The notes under the pieces are model-generated. The model was not told the origin of the DNA. It ran no database searches and worked only from the letters and a program-made list of their open reading frames with translations. DNA of 64,000 nt, from positions 768,001-832,000 of the forward strand of contig CAXXGI010000002.1 in assembly GCA_963674695.2 (NCBI GenBank). Direction: 5' to 3'. This DNA comes from a bacterium. Its GTDB lineage: Bacteria > UBA10199 > 2-02-FULL-44-16 > JAAZCA01. Each line of letters starts with the position of its first letter. The stretch's first letter is position 1. A program made the translations under genes and the position numbers. Shown here one piece after another: positions 16,196-26,400 of this stretch.

Positions 16196-17476
16196 ATGTT
16201 TACTTTTTTCACCGAGCTTGTCCGCAAGGATGTCCTGGACCGCCACGGGCGTTTCGTTGGGCACCCGTACGACTTCACCGCGCAGTTGAACGAGACCTAT
16301 CCGCGCGTTACCTCTCTCATCGTCGCCTCCGGCCTGATTCGCAAGACCTACTACATCGTCCCCTGGAACGAGGTGCATCAGACGGCCTCCGGCCTTCAGC
16401 TCAAGGTGCCGCTGGCGTCGCTCGAGGGGCGCCCCGACTATCCGCGCGATGAAGGGGCGACCCTGCGCCGTGGGGTGCTCGATCAGCAGGTGGTCGATAC
16501 CTTTAATCGCAAGGTGGTCCGGGTGAACGACCTGCACTTCCTGCGTGTCGATGATGATCTGCGCATCGCACATGTCGATATCGGCTTTCGCGGACTCATC
16601 CGTCGGCTCGGGTGGGAGCACGCGGTCGATGGCATCGTGAAGTTTTTCAATCGACATGCGCGCTATCTCACCGACGAGGGATTTATCTCCTGGAAATACG
16701 TCCAGCCGCTCTCCATTCAATCGGCGACGGGCTGCATTCAACTCTCCGTCGAGATGGAGGAGCTGCGCAAGATTCCGCCGTCGGACATCTCGACCATGCT
16801 CATGGAGCTCGATCCATATCAGCGCGCGGCGCTGGTGAAGACCATGGACGTGCAGAGTCAGGTCGATGTCATTACCGAGCTGGAGCTGAAGTGGCAGAAG
16901 GATCTGCTCGAAGAGCTCGACACGCAGACCGCGGTGCGCCTCATCGAACGGATGCCCGCCGATGAGGCGACCGATCTGCTCGCCGAGCTCTCCAAACGCG
17001 ATGCCGAGCGAATTTTGGGCGCCATCAGCACGAAGAAGGCGCGCGAGATCGCCGAGCTCATGGAACACGAATCCGATTCGGCCGGCGGTCTGATGACCAC
17101 CGAATTCATCACGCTGCGTCCCGGCATGTCGGTCGGCGAGGCGATCGAGTATATTCGGACAGTCGAGCTGAAAAAGGCGGAGACGATCTATACCTGCTTT
17201 GTCGTCGACGACGAGGAGAAACTCATCGGTACAGTTTCCTATCGTAAGCTTTTGCTCGAGCCGCTCGACGAGCGCATCGACGATGTCATGTTGGAGAAAC
17301 CTCCCGCAGTGAACGTCGAAGATTCGGTGAAGGACGTCGCCTACGCGATGGATAAATACAATCTCTATACGCTCCCGGCGGTGGATGACGACGGCATCCT
17401 CGAGGGCATCATCACCGTCGATGATGTGCTGCATCTCGTCGTCGAAGAGGCGTGGGGTCGCAGGAGCGGAATGTAA
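16196..17476 (+). CDS. MgtE intracellular/CBS-domain protein (no TM domain)
   Basis: PRC-like N-terminus, MPADEATDLL, SAGGLMT, paired CBS ending GIITVDDV. Confidence 0.85.
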   Translation: MFTFFTELVRKDVLDRHGRFVGHPYDFTAQLNETYPRVTSLIVASGLIRKTYYIVPWNEVHQTASGLQLKVPLASLEGRPDYPRDEGATLRRGVLDQQVVDTFNRKVVRVNDLHFLRVDDDLRIAHVDIGFRGLIRRLGWEHAVDGIVKFFNRHARYLTDEGFISWKYVQPLSIQSATGCIQLSVEMEELRKIPPSDISTMLMELDPYQRAALVKTMDVQSQVDVITELELKWQKDLLEELDTQTAVRLIERMPADEATDLLAELSKRDAERILGAISTKKAREIAELMEHESDSAGGLMTTEFITLRPGMSVGEAIEYIRTVELKKAETIYTCFVVDDEEKLIGTVSYRKLLLEPLDERIDDVMLEKPPAVNVEDSVKDVAYAMDKYNLYTLPAVDDDGILEGIITVDDVLHLVVEEAWGRRSGM

Positions 17477-17480
17477 GAAC

Positions 17481-17552
17481 GTTCGATGGTCCGATGGTTC
17501 GACGGTTCGATGGTGAAACCGACGAACTGACGAACTGACGAACTGACGAACC
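17481..17552. repeat. 8-bp tandem microrepeats (GTTCGATG x4; CTGACGAA x4)
   Basis: Direct reading, with 1-bp variants in some units; fills the intergenic gap. Confidence 0.85.
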
Positions 17553-17554
17553 AC

Positions 17555-18808
17555 ATGGATCATCTGCACAAAAGCAAATCACCCGTGAAAGGGTTTTGGC
17601 GGAACATCGCGCTCTTCCTGGCGGTGTTGGGGCCGGGCATCATTACGGCCAACGTCGACAACGATGCAGGTGGGATCGCCACCTATTCCATCGCGGGTGC
17701 GCATTTCGGCTATGCCTTTCTCTGGGCCGTCATCCCCGTCGTCTTTGCCCTCATCGTTATTCAGGAGATGAGTGCGCGCATGGGCGCGATCACCGGCAAG
17801 GGGTTGGCCGATCTCATTCGTGAAAACTTCGGCGCCAAGGTGACCTTCTACGCCATGCTCGCGCTGCTCTTTACGAACCTGGGCAACACCATGTCGGAGT
17901 TCTCCGGCGTAGCGGCCAGTCTCGAGATCTTCGGCGTCTCCAAATACATCAGCGTGCCGGCGGCGGCCATCTTCGTCTGGCTCTTGGTCGTGAAGGGGAA
18001 CTACAAGACGGTCGAGAAGGTTTTTCTCGTCGCCTGTCTCTTCTATGTGACCTACATCGTCTCCGGATTTATGGCAGGACCCGATTGGGGGACGGTTGGT
18101 TCCGAACTCGTCTCGCCCGAATTTCACTTCGACACGCCCTATATCTACATGCTCATCGGTATCATCGGTACGACCATCGCGCCCTGGCAGCTCTTCTTCA
18201 TGCAGTCCTCGATCGTCGAGAAGGGGATCGGGCCTGAACACTACAAACATTCGCGATGGGATGCCGTGATCGGGTGCCTCATGGCGGGAGTGGTCGTCTT
18301 CTTCATCATCGTCGCCTGTGCCGCGACCATCCATCCCACGGGCATTCGCATCGAAACGGCTGCTGATGCCGCGCTCGCCCTCAAACCGCTGGCCGGGAAA
18401 TACTGTTCCTGGCTCTTTGCCTTCGGGCTCTTCAACGCCTCGATCTTCGCCGCGACCGTGCTGCCTCTGGCGGTGGCCTATTATGTCTGCGAGGGCCTGG
18501 GCTGGGAAGCGGGGGTGAACAAGAGCTTTTCCGAGGCCCCGCAGTTCTACGGGCTCTTCACCGCGACGATTCTCATCGGCATGGGGGTCGTGCTCATTCC
18601 GGACTTTCCGCTCTTTCGCATGATGGTGATGTCGCAGGTCGTCAACGGCATCGTGCTGCCCTTCATCCTCGTCTTCATGGTGCTCATCATCAATCGTCGC
18701 GATATCATGGGCGAGTTCGTCAACGGTCGCGTCTGGAACTTCGTCTCTTGGTTCACCGCCGTCGCCACGATCGCCCTGACCCTCCTCATGATCCTGACGG
18801 TATTCTGA
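17555..18808 (+). CDS. Nramp-family divalent metal (Mg/Mn) transporter
   Basis: GPGIITANVDNDAGGI, QEMSARMG, GTTIAPW; multiple TM helices; paired with the MgtE/CBS gene. Confidence 0.9.
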   Translation: MDHLHKSKSPVKGFWRNIALFLAVLGPGIITANVDNDAGGIATYSIAGAHFGYAFLWAVIPVVFALIVIQEMSARMGAITGKGLADLIRENFGAKVTFYAMLALLFTNLGNTMSEFSGVAASLEIFGVSKYISVPAAAIFVWLLVVKGNYKTVEKVFLVACLFYVTYIVSGFMAGPDWGTVGSELVSPEFHFDTPYIYMLIGIIGTTIAPWQLFFMQSSIVEKGIGPEHYKHSRWDAVIGCLMAGVVVFFIIVACAATIHPTGIRIETAADAALALKPLAGKYCSWLFAFGLFNASIFAATVLPLAVAYYVCEGLGWEAGVNKSFSEAPQFYGLFTATILIGMGVVLIPDFPLFRMMVMSQVVNGIVLPFILVFMVLIINRRDIMGEFVNGRVWNFVSWFTAVATIALTLLMILTVF

Positions 18809-18839
18809 TCTGATAGCCGCTGCTTCGCTTCAACCGTTG

Positions 18840-19044
18840 CATCGCGATCCGGATTCTTCCCTTCGTCGTAGGGGCGCGCTTCGCTCGCTACCCCTCACAA
18901 AAAATCCGTTGGCCTCATCAACATTGAGGATCCTCCTTCGTCGGCTCTCAATGTCGTGAGGCCAATCGGATTTTGTTGTTTCGGGATACGCTCGTCTCGC
19001 AAACGCGCCTTTATACTCCTTCGGGAAGAATCCGGATCGCGATG
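18840..19044. mobile_element. 205-bp palindromic element (MITE-like or structured ncRNA)
   Basis: Perfect 22-bp terminal IR CATCGCGATCCGGATTCTTCCC; inner IR AAAATCCG-TTGGCCTCA / TGAGGCCAATCGGATTTT. Confidence 0.6.
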
Positions 19045-19152
19045 AAAGAAGAGGTCCCCGAAAGACACCCTGCCGGACGAGGGCTCACGAAAAGCGACGG
19101 AGCAGGACAGGGCTTCGCATGAAGTATGCCGGATGCATGGGGGAAGCTGTAT

Positions 19153-19803
19153 TCAGCCTAGCACGTGCGAGAGGATGACGAGGGCGAGATCCTCTTTGGG
19201 GAGCTGGGGCAGGGCGATCTTTTTGCCTTCGCTCGGGATGAGCAGGGCGCGTGCGGTTTTTGCGCCGATGACGTTGGCGTGGTTGGCGACGATCCAGTCG
19301 CATGCTTTTACTTTCAATTTCTTGCGGGCGTTGCGTTCCAGGTCTTTCGTCTCCAGGGCGAAACCGACGAGGATTTGATGCGATGGTTTGCGCTTGCCGA
19401 GTTCGGTGAGGATGTCGGGGTTTTCGATCAGTTCGATGGTTCGATGGTTCGATGGTCCGACGGTTTTCTTCCGCTTCTGTTTCGCCATTCGTCTTGGTCG
19501 CCAGTCGGCTACCGCGGCGGCCATGATGATGAGGTCCATCTTGGGCGCGAGTCGTTTGACCTGGGCGTGCATATCGCGTGCGGAGAGGACGTCGATGCGC
19601 GTGATCCCTTCGGGCGTGGCCAGTTCGACGGGACCCGCGACGAGGGTGACTTCACCGCCGAGGTGCGCAGCAGCGCGTGCGAGGGCAAAACCCATCTGTC
19701 CGGAGGAATCATTCGAGAGATAACGGACCGGGTCGATATATTCCCGCGTCGGCCCCGCCGTCACGAGCACCCGCTTTGCATGCGATGTCTGTCGCTTCAT
19801 CAT
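19153..19803 (-). CDS. coaB: Phosphopantothenate--cysteine ligase (stand-alone CoaB)
   Basis: VTAGPTREYIDPVRYLSNDSSGQMG, AAAVADW, VGFALET, D.IVAN. Confidence 0.9.
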   Translation of the reverse strand: MMKRQTSHAKRVLVTAGPTREYIDPVRYLSNDSSGQMGFALARAAAHLGGEVTLVAGPVELATPEGITRIDVLSARDMHAQVKRLAPKMDLIIMAAAVADWRPRRMAKQKRKKTVGPSNHRTIELIENPDILTELGKRKPSHQILVGFALETKDLERNARKKLKVKACDWIVANHANVIGAKTARALLIPSEGKKIALPQLPKEDLALVILSHVLG

Positions 19804-19814
19804 CGGCAGTCTGC

Positions 19815-20366
19815 CTATGAAAGGATGGTGGTGATCTCCGACACGATCGCAGCTGTTTCCGGTAAACGACCTTTGCCTTCATAGCCGCAGGCGAGTTCTC
19901 CCTCGGCGGGATCGATGAAGCGATAGCCGAGTTTCGTCAGACGCGTGACGTTCTCCTGGGTGATCGCATTCTCCCACATGTGGACGTTCATGGAGGGGGC
20001 AAAGACGACGGGTGCAGCGGTCGCACAGATGACGGTTGTGAGCAGATCGTCACAGATGCCGCAGCTCACCTTGGCGATGAGGTCGGCCGTTGCCGGTGCG
20101 ACGAGCAGGAGGTCGGCGCGGTCGGCGAGCGCGATGTGTCCCACCTCGCGCTCGCGGATCAGGTTGAACATCTCGGTGTGGACGGGATTTCCGGAGAGCG
20201 TCTGGAGTGTGAGCGGCGTGACGAATTGCAATCCGGCTTGTGTGAGCACGATGTGGACGTCAGCTCCCTGTTTGACCAACAGGCGCGTGAGCTCGCAACA
20301 CTTGTAAGCCGCGATTCCGCCGCCGATGCCGAGGACGATCTGCTTGGCTTTGAGCGTTTGGCCCAT
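19815..20366 (-). CDS. coaC: Phosphopantothenoylcysteine decarboxylase (stand-alone CoaC)
   Basis: GGIAAYK, HIALAD, APATA, PSMNVHMW, LACG..GKGRL. Confidence 0.9.
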   Translation of the reverse strand: MGQTLKAKQIVLGIGGGIAAYKCCELTRLLVKQGADVHIVLTQAGLQFVTPLTLQTLSGNPVHTEMFNLIREREVGHIALADRADLLLVAPATADLIAKVSCGICDDLLTTVICATAAPVVFAPSMNVHMWENAITQENVTRLTKLGYRFIDPAEGELACGYEGKGRLPETAAIVSEITTILS

Positions 20367-20367
20367 A

Positions 20368-20847
20368 TTAGCTCCGCTTTGCTGTCTTTCGTTTTGTCTT
20401 CGGTTTCGCCGTTTTCTTCGCCATGCGTTTGGCGGCGCGCTTTCGTCGCTCGCGCTGCAATCGGCGTTTGGCGCGTTCCATATCCTTCCAGTAGTCCCAC
20501 AGCTCGAGATCGGTCTGGAAGACGTGTTCGATGTCGTCGTATTCCTTTGGCGAGGCCATGCCGTGATCGCAGCGCCCCGGCATGTGTTTGCGGCAGATGC
20601 GCGAGCGCCGCTCATAGATGGTGCAGCGGTTGTCCTCGCCCAGATAGCTGCAGCGGTTGCGCACATAGAGGTTCCAGGCCTCGTCGTTGCCGACGTGAAT
20701 TTCGGCGCCCTGATGGGCCAGGATCCACGCGAGGTCGTCGACTTCGCTGCGTGTGTCCGGCTCATCGATCTCGATGCAGAAGTAGGTGCAGCAGGCAGCA
20801 CACTGTTGGCAGATGGCGGGTTGTTTCTCTCGTTTTTTGGTCGTCAT
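20368..20847 (-). CDS. YkgJ-family cysteine-cluster protein (second copy) with basic tail
   Basis: CQQCAACC...CSYL....CTIYERRSRICR. Confidence 0.8.
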   Translation of the reverse strand: MTTKKREKQPAICQQCAACCTYFCIEIDEPDTRSEVDDLAWILAHQGAEIHVGNDEAWNLYVRNRCSYLGEDNRCTIYERRSRICRKHMPGRCDHGMASPKEYDDIEHVFQTDLELWDYWKDMERAKRRLQRERRKRAAKRMAKKTAKPKTKRKTAKRS

Positions 20848-20909
20848 AGTGATGCATCGCCTACTTGATGAGAACGTGCGAGTCAAGCGGGACAAACGGA
20901 GTGCGAGTG

Positions 20910-21069
20910 TTCTGGGAAATTGACGTTTGCTCTGCTCCTCTCGCTTACGGCTCCTCGCCTCAAACGCCGGCTCGTCGCCTGCTCTTCTTCGCACCGCAAC
21001 ATATGAGGCTTCGATTGCGGTGCTCGAAGAAGCCGCTCGAGGAGCAGAGCAAACGTCAATTTCCCAGAA
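20910..21069. mobile_element. 160-bp MITE-like element
   Basis: Perfect 31-bp terminal IR TTCTGGGAAATTGACGTTTGCTCTGCTCCTC; internal hairpin CACCGCAA/TTGCGGTG. Confidence 0.7.
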
Positions 21070-21154
21070 AAGCTGTTCACCGCTCACGGTTTACGGTTCA
21101 CCGTTTACGGTTCCTGTCTCCTGCGATAGCATGATGCTCAACACGGGAGGTTCT

Positions 21155-21727
21155 ATGGAGACGCTGCTCACCGATGTTCAGAAGGAGACGCTCTTGAAGT
21201 TGGCGCGGGCGACGATCGTCGCCTATCTCGAGGATGGCTCGCGCGCGCCGCTTCCTCCGGCGGAAGGGATCTTGGGGGAGAACTGTGGTGCCTTCGTGAC
21301 GCTGCATCTGCGGGGTCGGTTGCGTGGCTGTATCGGCAACATGGTCGGGCACTCGCCGCTGGTCGAGACGATTCAGGAGATGGCGATCGCTGCGGCCACG
21401 CAGGATCCGCGATTTCAGCGGGTGACGTCGGAGGAATTGAGCGCAATCGACATCGAGATTTCGGTGCTCACGCCCCTCACGCGCATCACGGATGTGAGCG
21501 CCATCGAGGTCGGTCGGCATGGGATCATCATGCGCCGGGGGCTCAATCAGGGCGTGCTCCTCCCGCAGGTGGCCAGCGAATATGGATGGGATCGTGAGAC
21601 CTTCCTGGAAAACACCTGTTCCAAGGCGGGGCTTCCCCCCGATGCTTGGCGCGATCCCGAGACCGTCATCGAGATCTTCTCCGCGCAGGTCTTCGGGGAA
21701 AAGGCCCGTGAGGGGGCTTCAGCCTGA
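21155..21727 (+). CDS. amrA: AmmeMemoRadiSam system protein A (AMMECR1 domain)
   Basis: GAFVTL, LRGCIG, DPRF, EISVL, GVLLPQVA, KAGL; GGAGG RBS. Confidence 0.9.
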   Translation: METLLTDVQKETLLKLARATIVAYLEDGSRAPLPPAEGILGENCGAFVTLHLRGRLRGCIGNMVGHSPLVETIQEMAIAAATQDPRFQRVTSEELSAIDIEISVLTPLTRITDVSAIEVGRHGIIMRRGLNQGVLLPQVASEYGWDRETFLENTCSKAGLPPDAWRDPETVIEIFSAQVFGEKAREGASA

Positions 21728-21867
21728 GGCCCTCATCGGCGGGTTCCCTCTTCGGGGATCGAAACCAAAATCCCAGAAACACCCCTAAAATCAACCTCTT
21801 CTTGCATTCATTTCAGCTCGGTGCTAGCCAAAGCGCTTGAATCCTATGCGGTTATTGGGTGAGGGTC

Positions 21868-23418
21868 ATGGTGCGCACAAAAATCTGCTCCATCATTATA
21901 GGGATTGGTCTTCTCCTTTTTCCCCTCCTGTCGTCGGCGCAGCTCGGCCCGGGCGAGCCCATTCGGCTGAGTGCCGATGCGGTCATGAATCTGGCGCTCG
22001 AGCGCAGCTTCTCCATCAAGGAGACGGAGACGAAGCGCGATGTTGCCTATGAGAACGTCCGCGCCGCCAAGGGGATCTTCGACACCGATTTTGCCGCGAT
22101 GTTTTCGCACGAGATCGATAAATCCAAGCGGATGAGCACGGTCTTCGGCACGCGCAACGATTCTACCACCTGGCAGCTTTCCTTCGATCAGAAACTTCCC
22201 AGCGGTACGGGGCTGGGGCTGTCGCTTACAAACTTGCGCGAGAAGACCAGCGGCGCGCTTGCGGTTGGCGGTGTGCCCATCGTGCCCACACAGGCGCAGT
22301 GGGAGCCGATTCTTGGTATTCAGTTTTCTCAGCCCCTCATGCAGAACGCCTTCGGCTACATCGATCGGCGCACGGTCGAAGAAGCGCGCCGGGCGTACGC
22401 CTCCGCCGATGCGAACGTGCGCTATCAGGTGAGCCAGATCGTCGCGCAGTCGATGCTCAACTATTGGGGTGTGGTTTTCACTCGTGCACACGTTGCGGCG
22501 CTCAAAAAATCGGTGCAGTTTGCCCGCAACTTTCTCAACACGACGCTCGAGGAGCATAAGCTTGGCACGGCGGAGAAGACCGACGTGTTGGCTGGGCGTG
22601 CCAACCTTGCCAGCCGCGAGGTTGAGCTCGAAGAGGCGAAGGATCTGGCGCACAAGGCGGAACAGTCGTTGCGTGAATCGCTCGAGCTCGATCCGGGCGT
22701 CGATCTGGTGACGCTCGAACAGAAGCCGCCCATGGTCGATGGTGGGCGCGTGGACGACGCGCGGCTTGCCCGTTCTCTGGCGATGCGCGGCGATTACCAG
22801 GGCGCGTATGAAGAGGCCCAGCGTTCCCGCGTGAAGTTGGCCATGGAGAAGAATCGCCGTTGGCCGAGCTTGGATCTCGTCTCCACGCTCGAACTCAACG
22901 AGATCGATCCGAGCTATACGGATGCCTTCGCCGGGATGGACAGTCCCGATTGGACGATCGGCATGAACTTCAGCGTGCCGCTGCAAAATCGCGTCGCCCG
23001 CGCCGGCGCGCGCCAGGCCGAGGCGGAGCGGGCGCGATCGGTCTTCGCCCTCAAGAATCTCGAGAACCAGGTTATCAACGAGGTGAGCCGCCTCGCGCGA
23101 TCGCTCACCGATCGAAAACGTATCGTGCACACTGCGAAGCGATCCCACATCTTGCGCATAGAAAAACTCCACGGGGAGTTGGGAAAGTATAACCAGGGCC
23201 GTTCCTCCGCCGATTTTATCATTCGCGATCAGGATGATGCGGTTCGCGCAGAGCGCACGCTCATCGAATCCTGGTATGATTATGAGCGCGTGTTTCTCGA
23301 GCTGGCGGTCGCGGAAGGGATCCTCATACCCGTGCCCCCCTCGGTGGAGGAACAGGCGATTGCCGCCGCTGCTCCCGAAAGAGTCGAGGTGAGTGTTTCT
23401 CCGAAGGATGGTCGATAA
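21868..23418 (+). CDS. TolC-family outer membrane efflux protein
   Basis: Signal peptide, two OEP repeats (QPL, PSLDL, FSVPLQNR), upstream of the RND gene. Confidence 0.85.
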   Translation: MVRTKICSIIIGIGLLLFPLLSSAQLGPGEPIRLSADAVMNLALERSFSIKETETKRDVAYENVRAAKGIFDTDFAAMFSHEIDKSKRMSTVFGTRNDSTTWQLSFDQKLPSGTGLGLSLTNLREKTSGALAVGGVPIVPTQAQWEPILGIQFSQPLMQNAFGYIDRRTVEEARRAYASADANVRYQVSQIVAQSMLNYWGVVFTRAHVAALKKSVQFARNFLNTTLEEHKLGTAEKTDVLAGRANLASREVELEEAKDLAHKAEQSLRESLELDPGVDLVTLEQKPPMVDGGRVDDARLARSLAMRGDYQGAYEEAQRSRVKLAMEKNRRWPSLDLVSTLELNEIDPSYTDAFAGMDSPDWTIGMNFSVPLQNRVARAGARQAEAERARSVFALKNLENQVINEVSRLARSLTDRKRIVHTAKRSHILRIEKLHGELGKYNQGRSSADFIIRDQDDAVRAERTLIESWYDYERVFLELAVAEGILIPVPPSVEEQAIAAAAPERVEVSVSPKDGR

Positions 23419-23419
23419 G

Positions 23420-26400
23420 ATGCGTCGTATTTTCGAGTTCGTCGTCAAACAACCGCTGTTTGTCAATCTCCTCACCCTGTTGGTGGTGGTGGCGGGGATG
23501 ATGGCGATGCTCAACCTCAACCGTGATGTTTTTCCGAACATTCAGCTCGACATCGTCATCATTCAGACCGCCTATCCCGGTTCGACGCCGAAGGAGATCG
23601 AGAAGCTCATCACCATCCCCATTGAGAAAGAGCTCAAAGAGGTGAGCGACATCAAGGAGATGACCTCGATTTCGCTCGAGGGGGCCTCCACGATTTCGAT
23701 CGAAATCGATCCTGACGCGCCTGACAAGAGTAAGGTGGTCACTGATATCCAGCGTGCGGTCGACCGGGTGGATGATCTCCCCGATGACCTCAAGGACAAG
23801 CCGATCGTGACCGAGATCGAGACGCGCAATCGGCCGGCGGTGGAGCTCTCGCTCTCGGGGGATCTTTCGCTCGAGGAGCTTTCGCGTCATGCGGAGGCGC
23901 TCGAGACGCGCATCCTCGACTTGCCCGATATCGCCAAGGTGAGTCTGAACGGGTGGCGGGACCGCGAGATCTGGGTGGAGGTCGATCCCCAGAAGGTGAG
24001 CGAGCTGTATCTGTCGTTGGCGCAGGTGGTCGAGGCGCTCAAAGAGCGCAATGTCAGCATTCCCGGCGGGACGATCTTCGAGGGGGGACGCGAATACTTG
24101 GTGCGCACCGTCGGCGAGTTTATGGACGCCGAGGGGACCAAGCCCGTGGTCATTCGCGCCAACGAGCGCGGCCATTGGATTCGCCTGAGCGATATCGCTC
24201 GCGTGACCGATACCTTCGAGCCGTTCACGACCATCCAGCGCACCAACGGCCATCGCGCCATCAACCTGGTGGCGGTCAAAAAAGAGCGTGGCGATGTGAT
24301 CGATGTGGTCGACGAACTCAAGGAGCTCGTCGCCAACTACAAGACGATTGCGCCGACCGAGCTCGACATTCGGTTGGTGAACGACATGTCTTATTATGTG
24401 CAGCGGCGGCTCAATGTGCTCAAGAGCAACGGCTATGTCGGGTTCGTCCTCGTGCTCGTCTGCCTCTTCCTCTTTTTGACGACGCGCATTGCCATCGCCA
24501 CTGCGGTGGGCATTCCCATCGCTTTTCTCACGACCTTTCTCGTCATGCAGTATGCCGGCATCACGATCAACCTGATCACGATGTTCGGTCTCATTATGGT
24601 ACTGGGCATGATCGTGGACGATGCGATCATCATCGCCGAGAACGTGCACCGTCACATCGAGGATGGCATGCCGATCCGAGAGGCGGGGGTGGCCGGTGCC
24701 TACGATGTTTGGCGCCCGGTGGCGGCTACGGTTATCACCACGATTGCGGCATTTGCCCCGCTCATGTTCATGACGGGGATTATGGGAAAGTTCATTCGCT
24801 TCATCCCGCTGGTCGTGATTCTAGCGCTTATCTCGTCGCTCCTGGAAGCGTTTATCATCCTCCCATCGCATCTGGTGGAGCTCGAGCGTCTGCCGCGCAT
24901 GCGGGCATTTGGTCGGCTTGGCAACGAATGGTTCACGCGCTGGTTCGATCGGCAGCGCGATCGGTACGTGCGTTGGTTGGGGACGCTTATCCGTCACCGT
25001 TGGCCCTTCATGTCGGGCGTGGTGTTCTTCTTCGTGATGTCGCTCTACGTCGGATTTGTGCATCTCCCCTTTGTCCTCTTTCCGCAGAAGGGGATCGAGG
25101 CCTTCTTCGTGCGTGCGAAAGCGCCGGTGGGCACACCCGTCGAAGAGATGGAACGGCGTATGGAGCCGCTGGAACGCCTGATCGAGGAGACGCTTCCCCA
25201 GAGCGAGTGGGACGACTATGTCACGCATGTGGGTATTCAGCAAAACGATGACATCGATCCCTTCGGCGAGCGCGCCAGTCACGTGGGGCAGATTCTGATT
25301 CACTTGAAACCCAGCACGCAGCGCGAGATGACCTCCGATGAACTGGTGGAGCTATTGCGAGCGCGCAAAGGGGAGCTGACGGGATTCACCGAAGTGATCT
25401 TCGAGAAGGTGCGCCATGGTCCGCCGGTGGGCAAGTCTGTTGTCATTCGCGTGCGCGGCGATGATTTCGACATCCTCGAGGCGGCCTCCGAGAAGATCAA
25501 ACAGTTTCTCACGGAGATGCCCGGCGTTTCCGATGCGAAGGATACCTACGAGCCGGGAAAGGATGAGATTCGTGTGGTGGTTGATGATGCGGCGGCGTCC
25601 CGCGCGGGACTCTCCGTTCAGGAGGTGGCGCTGGCGGTGCGCACCGCCTTCGATGGCATGATCGCCACGACGGTCAAGAAGACCGACGAGGAGATCGACG
25701 TGCGCGTGCGCTATCCGGATGCTTCCCGGTATAAGGAGGGAGCGATAGAAGGGGTGATGATTCCCAATGGAAACGGAAACCTCATACCGATCATATCGGT
25801 CGCTTCCTTCGCACGCGGTCCCGGCATCAATGCCATTCGCCACTACGATCGCAAGCGCACGATCATCGTCTCCGCCAGCGTCGACGAAAAACGTGCGACG
25901 TCGATCAGCGCGACCGAAGCGGTCGATCGCGAGTTTCACGACATCGGTCGCGAGTTTCCGGGCGTGACGCTCAACTACGGCGGAGAGTGGGAGAGCACGC
26001 AGGAGTCGTTCACCAGTCTCAAAATTGCCATGGTGATGGCGGCTTTCATCATCTTCATCGTCCTGGCCTTCCAGTTTCAGTCGCTCCTGCAGCCGGTGAT
26101 CGTCATGCTCGCGGTGCCCTACGGTTTTGTCGGCATCGTCTGGGCCTTCTTCTTCCATCTCGAACCAAAGAGCTTTCTGGCGATGGTCGGAGCGGTGGGG
26201 CTGGCGGGCGTGGTGGTCAATAATTCCATCGTGTTGATCGATTTCACCAACAAGGCCAAGGCGCGCGGAATGACGCTGCGCGAGGCGATCGTCGAGGCGG
26301 CACGCATTCGTCTCCGGCCGATCATCCTGACGACCGTGACGACCGTGCTGGGGCTCTTGCCCGTGGCCTACGGCATCATGGGGTTCGATCCCTTCATTGC

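Noticed and set aside
19804-19817. coaBC pseudogene or programmed readthrough
   Set aside because: Both halves are complete domains, out of frame by an 11-nt gap, and coaB has its own ATG; treated as a natural split.
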